NCBI RefSeq assembly: GCF_963921235.1
Contig: NC_086097.1
Span: forward strand, 158,164,001-158,228,000
From: Mobula hypostoma
Taxonomy: Eukaryota
Reading direction: 5' to 3'
Length of the DNA: 64,000 nucleotides
Position numbers and translations under genes: made by a program. Numbering within the stretch: position 1 is the stretch's first letter; every line of letters starts with the position of its first letter. This document shows, in pieces, positions 38,654 through 49,455 of the stretch. Below the pieces are notes generated by a model, which saw only the letters and a list, made by a program, of their open reading frames with translations, did no database searches and was not told the origin of the DNA.

Positions 38654-39518
38654 CAGTCGGCCCTCCTTATCCGCGAGGGATTGGTTCCAAAAAATGTGGA
38701 TGCTCAAGTCCCTTATTCAACCTGTCCTAATGCGGTGGACCTTCTTTAACCTGTCTCAGTGCGGTGGATACTAGGACCCGGCGGCGGAGCTTTGAATCCG
38801 CAGTGTTTCTGTTCACGAAAATAATCACGATCATGATTGAAAATAAAGTGGAAATAATAAAGCGATCAGAAAGAGATGAAACGCCATCGGTCAATGGAAA
38901 AGCGTTAGGCTACAGTCGGTCAACGATCGGAACAATTTTAAAGGATAAAGTGAGAAAGGCCCTGCCCCAATGAAAGCTACAATTATTACTACTCAACACA
39001 GTGGTTTAATTATTGGGTTTTGGGTTTTTGATCCTTCACATCAACCCGGCAGGGATGGAGAGCGCGCTTGGGAGCGGTCTGTCTCTGGATCGACCTCAGG
39101 AATTTCTGTTCCCGACCCGGCGCTGAAACATACGTTTCTCAAATGTTTTATATGCATAGAAAGATAAAATATATACTATATACCAAGATAAACATTTGAG
39201 TAAGTGACGCTAAATAGTATCGGATGTACCTGTTCTGACTTACTTAGTAAGAGATCTTCCATTTTTTTCGATCCTGATCCACAATAACCTACGCATATCC
39301 TCCCGTATACCTTAAATCATCTCTAGATTACTTATAATACCTAATACAATGTAAATGCTATGTAAAATAGTTGTTATACTGCATTGTTTAGGGAATAATG
39401 ACAAGAAAAAAAAGTTTGCACATGCTCGAACAAGTGCTGGAGAGCACTTCCGGGTTTTCTTGGTTCGCGGTTTGTTGAATTCGCGCATGTGGAACTTGTG
39501 GATAAGGAGGGCCAACTG
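38654..39518 (+). mobile_element. Tigger/pogo non-autonomous element (MER2-like) inside the L1 5' region
   Basis: TIRs cagtcggccctccttatcc / ggataaggagggccaactg, with TA on both sides (38652-53, 39519-20). Internal remnant IENKVEIIKRSERDETPSVNGKALGYSRSTIGTILKDK is a CENP-B/psq-type HTH. Confidence 0.9.
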
Positions 39519-39520
39519 TA

Positions 39521-40321
39521 CTGCTCTTCTGTGGCTGGGAAAAGAACCAAAGCTTCTGCAAAAGAAAGAGAAACAGAAGATGAATCCCCACTCACTTTGG
39601 ATTCAATGAGTGACTTCCTTAAACGGCAAAAAACAGAATTTTCCGAGGAGTTTCAACGACTTAATGGCAAATTGGATACAATCCAACAAACTTTAACTGA
39701 GCATGAGAACTAAATTCAAGAAAATACTGCAAAGCTGGTGACACTTGAAGAGGATCTTGAAGATACATTTAAACTCTGCAGAGAGTTATCCTTATCCAAT
39801 AAAAAAAGGTGAAAAGGATTATTAGTCTAGAAAATAGAAACAGGAGAAATAACTTGCGAATTCTGGGTCTTGAAGAATCAGTTGAAGGCGCTGACCCTAT
39901 GAACTTCTTTGCAAACTTTCTGAAATAGCTATTTCCTGTACAACTTCTATTCCACTTCTGAGCCGAAGCTCGATCGAGCATATCGCTCCCCGACTTCGAA
40001 GCCATTGTCGTCGGCAGCGAAACCCAGGTTGGTCATTCTAAGTTTACATGAATTCGTATATAGGACCTTTTAATTCGCCATACCTGTTGACAAGGATTGA
40101 TCGATTTCTATAGTTACAAGGTCAGATTTGTAGAAGATTATTCGCCTGATGTTATGAATGATTATATAAAATATAAAGAAGTGCTGTTGGAATTTTATAA
40201 TAAAGGATTTAAACAATTCCTTCGGTTTCCTGCCAGTCTGAGTATTGTTTTGAAGAACGGATTGAGAAAAAGAATAAAGTCGGGTGAAGACGCAAAGGAG
40301 TTTCTGAAGGATGAAGTCTAA
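39521..40321 (+). pseudogene. L1 ORF1p remnant
   Basis: Coiled coil FQRLNGKLDTIQQTLTEHE, then LENRNRRNNLRILGLEESVEG (~39827-39890), RFVEDYSPDV and LRFPASLSI. Confidence 0.8.
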
Positions 40322-40691
40322 AACTGTTATATTTCTTATTTGATCAGTTTTTTTCCTCTGTTCATATGAATTTGAAATAAGGTTTCCATAAACTTACGTT
40401 TTGGCTGTTCATATATTGTCTTTTGTTATTTTGTTGATACTTCTTTATTATATCCCTTTTTTGAGGCTTTATTTTAATATAGCTTTCTTTGAATTTGTTT
40501 TAACTGATCCTTTTATATTTTTGAATACTGAGTTATTTTTCTTTTTATGTTGTGTCTTGGTGTGGACATATTTGACCTTGAAGGACCAGAGTTTTTGTCA
40601 ACAGAATTTTTTGGGGAGGGAACTTAGTTGTTAGCTTGCTGACTGTTTATTGGTCAGCTTTCTGGTTTTGGGTGGGTGAGGGGCTAGAGCC

Positions 40692-40784
40692 TATAATAAA
40701 GGATTTAAACAATCCCTTCGGTTTCCTGCCAGTCTGAGTATTGTTTTGAAGAACGGATTGAGAAAAAGAATAAAGTCGGGTGAA
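40692..40784 (+). repeat. 93-bp dispersed duplicate of the L1 ORF1 end (source 40196-40288)
   Basis: tataataaaggatttaaacaat...aagtcgggtgaa is present at both sites with one mismatch. It abuts the PLE insertion. Confidence 0.92.
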
Positions 40785-40796
40785 TACTCTTCAGTT

Positions 40797-40832
40797 AGTC
40801 CTGACAAAGGGTCTCGGCCTGAAACGTCGACT
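40797..40832 (+). ncRNA. Minimal type I hammerhead ribozyme motif (G8A variant)
   Basis: agtc-CTGACAA-agggtctcggcct-GAAAC-GTC-gact. Confidence 0.7.
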
Positions 40833-41076
40833 GCACCTCTTCCTACAGATGCTGCCTGGCCTGCTGCGTTCACCAGCAACTTTGATGTGTGTTGCTTGAA
40901 TTTCCAGCATCTACAGAATTCCTGTTGTTTGCGTTTAATTTAACGACTGCAAAGCCTCTTCCGGTGATGCCTACACCGAAGAAGGTTAGATCCTCTCTTT
41001 GACGGGAGTTCAGTGAAACCATCTCTCACTGCTCCCCATTTGTAACTTCTTCGGCTCTTCAAAGCTTCCTTCAGTT

Positions 41077-41112
41077 AGTCCTGACGAAGGGTCTCGGCCT
41101 GAAATGTCGACT
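41077..41112 (+). ncRNA. Minimal type I hammerhead ribozyme motif with intact CUGANGA/GAAA/GUC core
   Basis: agtc-CTGACGA-agggtctcggcct-GAAAT-GTC-gact. Stem I and stem II pair; stem III can form only in a dimer (AUGU with wobbles). Confidence 0.78.
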
Positions 41113-41221
41113 GCACCTCTTCCTACAGATGCTGCCTGGCCTGCTGCGTTCACCAGCAATTTTGATGTGTGTTGCTTGAATTTCCAGCATCTGCAGAATT
41201 CCTGTTGTTTTTTTTTGGAAT

Positions 41222-44200
41222 ATTAATTTATTTAGTTTGAATGTGAAAGGGCTGAATCACCCCATTAAATGGAACAAAGTGTTTGCTTGTATTAAAAGCA
41301 CCCATTATTTTCTTACAAGAAACGCACATATGCAGCTGTGATAGCTTACGTTTTTTAACTTGGTTGAAAGATATGCAATTCCATTCTTCGTTTAATGCAA
41401 AATCACGTGGAATCTCTATTTTTGTAGATAATACAGTTTCCTTTGTTTAGCATAAAGTTGTTTCAGATCCTAATGGTCGATTTGTTATTGTATTAGGGAG
41501 TTTAGACAGTAAATTGATTGTTTTTGCTAATGTATATGCCTCCAATGTAGATGATCCAGGATTTTTTGAACGTCTATTTTCATTTTTGTCAGATTTGTGT
41601 ACTTGCTCTCTTGTGATGGGAGGAGATTTTAACTGCTGGTTAGATCGAGTGTTAGATCGCTCATCTGTTAAACCAGCCACACTTAATAAATCAGCTTTGT
41701 TTATCCAGTCCTTTCTAACTAAATGTGGTATAGTTGATGCTGGGCGTTTTCTTTATCCGACGGGCAGGGAGTATTCTTTTTTTCTCTCATGTCCATCATT
41801 CTTATACCTGGATTGAATATTTTTTTATTGACAGTCAAATGATTCCATTGGTTCGATTGATCGAATATAAAGAGATTGCTATTTCTGACCTCTCTCCTGT
41901 ACTTCTATCTTTAAATCTCCCTGGTACCATCCCTACAAGTAGATTTTGGCGATTTAATTTAACTCTGTTATCTGATGAGGACTTCTTAAAATTTATGGAG
42001 AATCAAATTACTCTTTTTTTTGAAGAAAATACGTTGGAAGAGACGTCTAGTCTTATTATATGGGATACTTTTGAAGCATATATCCGGGGCCAAATTATTT
42101 CTTATACTGCAAACATCATTAAAAAAGTTAACAAAGCGAGAAACAAACTAGCTAATCAGTTAAAACAACTGGACTATAAATATGCTTCGGTACCTGATCC
42201 TGAAACATATAAGAGATGTATTGAAACCAAAACTAAATATGATCTTGTTTTAACATATCCAATTGAAACCCAGCTTTTAAGAGATAGAAGTCAATTTTAT
42301 ATTCATGGAGATAAAACTGGTAAGCTACTGGCTAATCAACTGAAGCCATTTATAGCCAAGCGACAAATTAAAGAAGTATGTAAAATTAATGGGGACATGA
42401 CAACTGACCACATTGAAATTAATGACACTTTTAGGGAATTTTATTCCAAATTGTATAGTTCTGACTCTGTTAATGATAATATTGCAATGAATAATTTTTA
42501 GATCAATTAAATATTCCTAATCTTTCGATAGATGATCATAGGCAATTGGATCAACCTATTTTCCAGGAGGAAATTGCTCAGGCTATTCGAGAATTGCATT
42601 CTGGAAAATCCTCAGGACCCGACAGACTCTCTGGAGAGTTTTATAAGCCTTTTTCCTCCCTGCTTGTACCACACCTATGTTCTACCCTTACAGATTCCTT
42701 TAAGGTAGGAAGGTTACCACAGTCATTTTTCCAAAGCTTCCATTTCACTTATTCTCAAAAAGAATAAGAATCCTACTGAATGTTTTTGGTATAGATCTAT
42801 CTCTTTACTCAAATTTGATACTAAAATTTTATCTAAAGTGTTGGTTCGCAGACTTGAAAATATTATATCTTCTATAGTTTTGGATGATCAGACAGGATTT
42901 ATTAAAAATCGATATTCCCATTTTAATATATGGTGTTTGTTAAATGTTATGCATTCTCCATCTAATAAAATATCAGAATGTGTGATTGCCTTGGATGCGG
43001 AGAAGGCCTTTGACAGAGTTGAATGGAATTATCTTTTTACATCCTTAGAACAATTTAATTTTGGATCTAATTTTATTCATTGGATTAAATTATTTATTTA
43101 TCTCCCTCCGCTCCGGTTCGTACTAATCTTCAGAATTCTAAACCCTTTAAACTGCAACATGGAACTAGACAAGATTGTCCTTTGAGCCCTCTACTTTTTG
43201 ATTTGGTATTAGAACCCTTAGCAATTGCTTTTCGCGAGTCTAAAGATATTACTGGTATATTACGGAGAGGTACTATCCATAAAGTGTCGCACTATGCTGA
43301 TGACTTGTTGCTTTTTATATCTAATGTTACAACCCCTTTACCATTTGTGTTCCGTTTACTGACTAATTTTAGTCAGTTCTCAGGATATAAAGTAAATTTA
43401 CATAAGAGTGAACTGTTTCCTTTAAACAATTTAATACCAACTGATATTAACCTTTTCAAATTTTAAGAAAACAATTTACGCACTTAGGGGTTACAATTAC
43501 TAAGAATTATAAAGATTTAAGGAAAATTTTTTAACTTTAATGAATTATGTTTAAAAAAAACACTTTCTAATTGGTCGCCTTTCTCTTTATCACTGATTGG
43601 CGGAATTGATTCTATTAAAATTAATATCATACCTAAATTAATACACCTTTTTCAAGCTATGCCAGTTTTTATTACTATATCTTTTTTTGACTCTTTGGAT
43701 TCGATTCTTTCTTTCTATATATGGAAGAATAAAAAACTTCGTATAAATAAAGCTTACCTTCAAAAAACCAAACAGAATGTAGGCTTTGCCTTACCCAATT
43801 TTAGGTTATATTATTGGGCAGTTAATATACAAAATATTACATTCTGGATATATTACATTAACCATGAGAATTGCCCTATATGGGTTTCTTTGGAAGTCAA
43901 CCCTGTTATGAAATTTTCCATTATTTCATTACTTGGTTCCTCGCTTCCTTTATCTTTAAATAAACTAACTGACAATATGGTGGTCAAAAATACTTTGAGG
44001 ATTTGGTTACAGTTTAGAAAACATTATTGAGATTCTCCCCCTCGAATCCCATCTTTTCTAATTATTTTTTTAAACCGTCCTTAATTGACTTACCTTTTAA
44101 AGAATGGGATAGATTGGGTATTAAACGATTTCAGGATTTGTTTGATAGAGGGAATATCTCTTCTTTTGTGCAACTTTCAATGAAATTTAACCTTTCCAAT

Positions 44201-44964
44201 ACCCACTTTTTTCGATTCTTACAGATTAGAGATTTTTTTTAGGATATTAATTACATACATTTCCTACAAGTCCAGATAAGAATATAATAGATACAATTTT
44301 TAATCTGAAACCCTTTGACAACGGTTCAATATCTTACATTTATGGTCTGCTGTTGGGACTGAAAAAGGCCTCTTTAGATAAAATTAAAGAAGACTGGGAA
44401 AAGGATTTACAGATTTTCATATCTGAAGAGAGCTGGAAGATTATTTTAAAATTGATTAATTCTTCATCATTATGTGCTTATCATTCTTTATTACAATTCA
44501 AAGTGGTACGTAGAGTTCATATGTCTAACGACAAGCTCTCTTGTTACTACGCTGATATTTCCCCTTACTATGATAGATGTAGTAATGGAGTGGCCACACT
44601 AATTCATATGTTTTGGACATGCCGGAGCCTTGAAAAATTTTGGAAAGATGTATTTCAAACTTTTTCTGTACTTTTCAATGTTAGTTTTAAACCCAATCCT
44701 TTGACTGCCATGTTTGGTATTGTTGAGGATAGTGCTATAAAACTGAAGCCATCTAATTTGTGGGTATTGGCCTTTATGTCTCTTATGGCTAGGAGCGTGA
44801 TCTTGCTCAAGTGGAAGGAGGCAGCCCCGCCCACTCATGTTCAATGGCTATCTGATGTTATGTTGTGCCTTGATCTAGAGAAGATTCGTTGTTCAATTTC
44901 TGATTTTAAATATGATTTTCTGATGTTATGGGGACCCTTTCTGAGTTATTTTCATAATCTTTGA
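41222..44964 (+). pseudogene. L1 ORF2p remnant (APE EN, RT, C-terminal CCHC region), multiple stops and frameshifts
   Basis: SLNVKGLNHPIK, FLQETH, SDPNGRFVIV, NVYASN, MGGDFNC, QTGFIKNR, LDAEKAFDRVEW, SPLLFDLVLEPLA, YADDLLL and IHMFWTC. Confidence 0.9.
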
Positions 44965-45761
44965 ACTGTTATTAAAGTATGGATCTGAGCTATTATTATT
45001 ATAATATTACATGGTAAAGTATTTCCATTTTTTCTTTCTTTTTTTACCAACCAGATCATTTTTGTAGTGGGGGTAGATTTATTTTTAATAAAATACAATT
45101 ATTTTCACTTGTTATTTTTAATTTATTTCATTTCATAATTCAATCTTTTTTCTACATGGTTGATTTGGAATATGGGATACTGTGATCTTATTACTGTGAT
45201 TTAAATGTAGTGTAATTCATATTACTTGTATCCTTATGAATTTTGTATTTGTATTTATGCAATTTATATAATATTAATAAAAATACTGAAGGAGAAACTA
45301 GGCAAATTACACATTTTCCCCAGTTTAATCTTCATTGGCCCACTATCGTCAGGAAGGAGGTTTAGAAGCATCAGGACTGGATAACAGCTTCTTCACTCAG
45401 GCTGAGATGAATGAATACCCAGATCCGATTGAAGTCTTATAACTAGGACAGTGAGCTGTTTACTGTTTAAATACTGCAATTATCTAATCTATATTTAGTT
45501 TCTTCAATACAGTAGAGACCACATTCTGAACATAGAAATCTGTATACTGAATTGGAAGAAGTACAAGTGAGTCTCTGATTCACTTCAAATTCAAGTCTAT
45601 AATCATTTCTTGTATGACATGAAATTTATTTTGCGGCAGCAGTACAGTGTGAAGACATAAAATTACAGTAAGTTGCAAATAGTTTAATGGTTTAAAAAAA
45701 ATTAGAATAATGAGGTAGCCTTCATGGAGCATTCAAAAATTGAATAGCAGAGAGAAAGCGA

Positions 45762-46020
45762 TGTAGTGCCCTGGGAAAGGTTTCACTGCTAACGTAATGA
45801 TCTTTCTGTAGAAGCAGTGTTTGGGTTATGGGCAGAGATAATGGGTGCTTTCGAATGTGTGCCATCCGATCAGGGGGAGCGGGTTTTTTTTTTGGTGTGT
45901 CTAACACCAGTGTGAGCTGGGGTCTTTGGTGGTTGATGGAGAGAGAAGATGCTGGAGAGAACCGGTTGTAGGATTCAACCTGGTGGGGAACCATGATTCG
46001 ATGGACCAAGGTGCAAAGGG
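45762..46020 (+). repeat. 5' LTR (3'-truncated)
   Basis: Aligns by eye with 55636-55840 (aaggtttcact...taatgatctttctgtagaag...ggtggggaaccRtgattcgatgga). The rest of the LTR and the PBS are not seen. Confidence 0.8.
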
Positions 46021-46116
46021 TATGTTAAACTATTGTCTGGTAAAGTGATTAAAATATGTGGTTATGAACACTGCAGGGATTGAGCAGTGGTGCGAAACTG
46101 TGGGATTACCGGTCAC

Positions 46117-46129
46117 GAGAGTGAGAGTG

Positions 46130-46162
<33 letters not shown>
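46117..46162. repeat. (GAGAGT)n-(GT)n microsatellite inside gag
   Basis: Directly visible in the sequence. Confidence 0.9.
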
Positions 46163-46163
<1 letters not shown>

Positions 46164-47241
46164 GAGTTGGGTAGACGTTCATAGCCTCAAAGAATTGTTG
46201 ATTAGGACTCTGTGTACCGTTGAAGCATTGGGAACAGTTACAATCGTGGAACTGAGGTTTGACAAGATGACAGGCAAAGACTTTGTTTTAGTTCAGACTA
46301 ACGCTGATTCAATGGCAGTGGAACTGCCTGGTACTATTGGGGCCCTGGGAGAGGGGGGCCGTGGGCTGTCCACACTTTCCGGGAGGACGGGAGTGTGGAG
46401 ACGAGGGAGCTGAATCGGAAACCGAGTTTCCCGTAGCTGGGGTCGGAGACTTTAAAGATAAGTTGCTCTTGTTTCTGTGGACAAGGGGAAGGAATGGTCT
46501 AATTTGGAAGGTTTAGTAAGCCGTCCAACAAGGAGTGAGCATTCTGAGTTAGTATCAGCCCTTATTCCCTGGTGAATAAATGGTCAAGTGCGCAGGTTGA
46601 AAGTCCCAGTTACTGTAGCCTCAGGATAACGCCCACCCCCGAAGGGGAAGCGGAGCATGAGACTTGGGTGGAGCAGACCCTTCAGATTCCGGATGAGCGG
46701 CAGTGCTCTGATGCTTTGAAAAGACAGCAACTGCTCTGCGAGGTCCAGCTGCTGATATAGTGAGATCCTTAAAGACACAGAACCCTTTGGTTATTTCCTT
46801 TGGCTCCATACAAGCACTAGAAAATGTTTTTGTCACTATGGGAAGCCCAACGGAGTTTATGATGGGGTTTCGGAACATGTTTCGGGGAAGGGAGAGAAAC
46901 TTCCCACTGACATTTTTTGGCTAGAGAGACGGCTGAGTTGCTTGCAGTGTAGGGGGGACCATCCAAACGGCTGAGGTGCATCAGTTAAGAATGGAGCAAG
47001 TGGCGAAAGGCGCACAGTCACAGGACATGATTGTTTGGGGTCTCCAAATACCTTGTAAGATGCACCCCCCTTCCTTGTTAGTCGAGTTGATCAGAGAAGT
47101 AAGAGGGGAGGAGACTGCATCGGAGGCGTGGGAGTACTTCGTCAGCAGGGTACGGTGCCCCGGTAGTAGCCCCCGTTGCTGAAGTGACCTCTGATAGCCT
47201 ACCCCCGGGGTGGTAAGGGAGCTCATGGCCAAGTTTAGGAC

Positions 47242-47742
47242 TGTGATGTTGTCGTGGTTTTACAAATGACAAAGGGAGATGCCGAAGATTCTTCAAGAAA
47301 TGTTTAAACTTTAATTTGCAAAGTAAAGCTGAGACAGTCAGTGGGCTAACCTTTGTAAGTCTGCCACTGAATGTCTGTCTGCCGGTTTTCACACAACAAT
47401 TTTATAGCCCTTCTGGGTTAGCATACCGCTGTAAGTTTTACTCTAACTAATAAATCAATCTACTTGGTTAAATTCTTCTTTCTCAAGAGGTCAAAAGTAC
47501 ACAGGTTTCGTTCTAACTAATGAATCGATGGTTACATTGCAAAATACCATAGTAATCCCAGCACTCAGTAACAGACACTTAATGCATAGTAAAGGCATGG
47601 TCAACATCTGAATAAACACTTGATGTGCAATAAAAGCACACTTAAATAAACAGAGTACAGAGTACTTAGAAAACAGAGTACTACAATGTTTTTCCAATAA
47701 TGTCTCAGTTGTTATTGGCAGGTGTGCCCACCCCGCATAACA
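47242..47742 (-). mobile_element. Probable solo LTR inserted in gag
   Basis: AT-rich 501-bp segment interrupting GC-richer gag. Ends TGTGATG...CATAACA. Minus-strand TATAAAA (~47400) precedes ATTAAA (~47310). Flanks aggac/aagcc match only partly. Confidence 0.55.
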
Positions 47743-48017
47743 AAGCCGACAGGGATTGGACCCACTGAGAGGGCTGCTAGTAAGCAGGGTCCCTCCAGTA
47801 GGGGAGTGACCGGTATTGTCTCCTATAACTGTGGGGAAGAGGGACACTTCAGGCGGGAGTGTGAAGGCCGGGAAAGCCTTTGGAGTGTGAGCTCCTGGGA
47901 TCCTAAGAGGAGAGAGACATCAGGAAACTTAGAAGAGACTCAATGAGGGAATGGCCTGGCGTCTTGTGGGGGGGGGGCATGTTCCAATCAATATATCAAG
48001 GAACACCCTGAAGCAAA

Positions 48018-49455
48018 ATTGAAATTTCTTACATCCTTCACATACATGAGTAAAAATCTTTACATTTTGTCTCTGTCTAAATGTACAATGTGCATTCATA
48101 GTAATTTATAATAAACTGCACAGTCAATGTAATCCAGAAATAGACTCAAATCAGTGTGAGTTAATCAGTCTGATGGCCCGGTGGAAGAAACTATCCCGGA
48201 GCCTGTTGGTCCTGGCTTTTATGCTGCGGTACCGTTTCCCGGATGGTAGGAATTGGAATAGATTGTGGTTGGGGTGACTGGAATCCCCAATGATCCTACG
48301 GGCCCTTTTTACACACCTGTCCTTGTAAATGTCCTGAATCATGGGAAGTTCACAATCTACAGATGCACTGGGCTGTCCGCACCACTCTCCAGAATCTTGC
48401 GATTAAGGGATGTCCAGATCCCTTACCAGGCAGTGATGCAGCCAGTCAGGATGCCCTCAATTGTGCTCCTGTAGAAAGTTCTTAGGACTCAGGGGGCCAT
48501 AACAAACTTCCTCAACCGTCTGAGGTGAAAGAGGTGCTATTGTGCCTTTTTCATCATACAGCTGGTGTGTACAGAGCACGAGGTCTTCAGTGATGTGGAT
48601 GCTGAGGAACTTGAAGCTGTTTAACCTCTCAACCCCAGATCCGTTGATGTCAATAGGGGTTAGCCCGTCTCTATTCCTCCTGTTATCCACAACTAGCTCC
48701 TTTGTCTTTGAGGTAGGGGTTGTTTTCTTGACACCACTGTATCAGAGAGATGACTTCTTCCCTGTAGGCCACCCTGTTATTGTTTGAGATTAGGCCAATC
48801 AATGTAGTGTCATCAGCAAATTTAATTAGCAGTTTAGAGCTGTGGGTGGCGACACAGTCATAGGTATACAGAGAGTAAAGGAGGGGACTTGGTACACAGT
48901 CCTGAGGGGCTCATGTGTTGAGAGTCAGAGGGGTGGAGGTGAGGAAGCCCACTCTTAACACCTGCTGGTGATCTGACAGGAAGTCCAGGATCCAACTGCA
49001 CAAAGCAGGGTCAAGGCCGAGGTCTTCGAGCTTCCTGTCGAGCTTGGATGGAATTATGGTGTTGAATGCTGAACTGTAGTTCAAGAACAGAATTCTCACA
49101 TGAGCATCCTTCTTTTCCAGATGTGTAAGGACAGTATGTAGAACAGTAGCTATTGCGTCGTCTGTCGATCGGTTGTGTTGGTCGGCGACCTGTAAGGGGT
49201 CCATTTTGGGTGGTAGCATGCTGCAGATGTAATCCTTGACCAGCCTCTCAAAGCATTTGCTTATTATTGAGGTGAGTGTGACAGGACACCAGTCATTCAG
49301 GCATGTTACCTTGGTCTTTTTTGGTACAAGGACAATGGTGAATAATTTGAAGCAGGAGGGCACTCTGCACTGGGAGAGGGAGAGATTAAAAATGTCTGTG
49401 AACACACCTGCCAGTTGTGCTGCGCACATCCTGAGTACTTGCTCTGGGATATCAG
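48018..49455 (-). mobile_element. Rex1/Babar LINE 5'-truncated copy inserted between gag and protease
   Basis: [58 protein letters not shown] and LPSGKRYRSIKARTNRLRDSFF. Confidence 0.9.

Larger units (their letters stand above)
40789..41215 (+). mobile_element. Young PLE insertion: two tandem pLTR copies separated by ~135 bp
   Basis: cttcagttagtcctgac...cagaattcctgttgttt is repeated at ~40789-40930 and ~41069-41210. The spacer may be the PLE 5' ORF start (atgcctacaccgaagaagg). Confidence 0.85.
38561..45298 (+). mobile_element. Full-length decayed L1-clade LINE with TSD
   Basis: Flanked by direct repeat taggcaaat at 38552-38560 and 45299-45307. Contains ORF1 and ORF2 remnants and AATAAA at ~45277. 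Inserted into an older minus-strand CR1 remnant (~38110-38550, resuming at ~45300). Confidence 0.88.
46064..47946 (+). pseudogene. gag: Gypsy Gag remnant with PNMA-like N-terminal and capsid domains and a zinc knuckle
   Basis: MNTAGIEQWCE..., LGTVTIVELRFD...LPGTIG, YCSLRITPTPEGEAEHETWVEQ...QCSDALKRQQL (cf. PNMA YRKLRVFSG...GEEEFESWLE...VSDVEKRRRL) and SYNCGEEGHFRREC. Confidence 0.75.

Noticed and set aside
46064..47946. Domesticated PNMA-like host gene
   Set aside because: It has multiple frameshifts and stops, microsatellite and solo-LTR insertions, and remains embedded with pol and LTRs.
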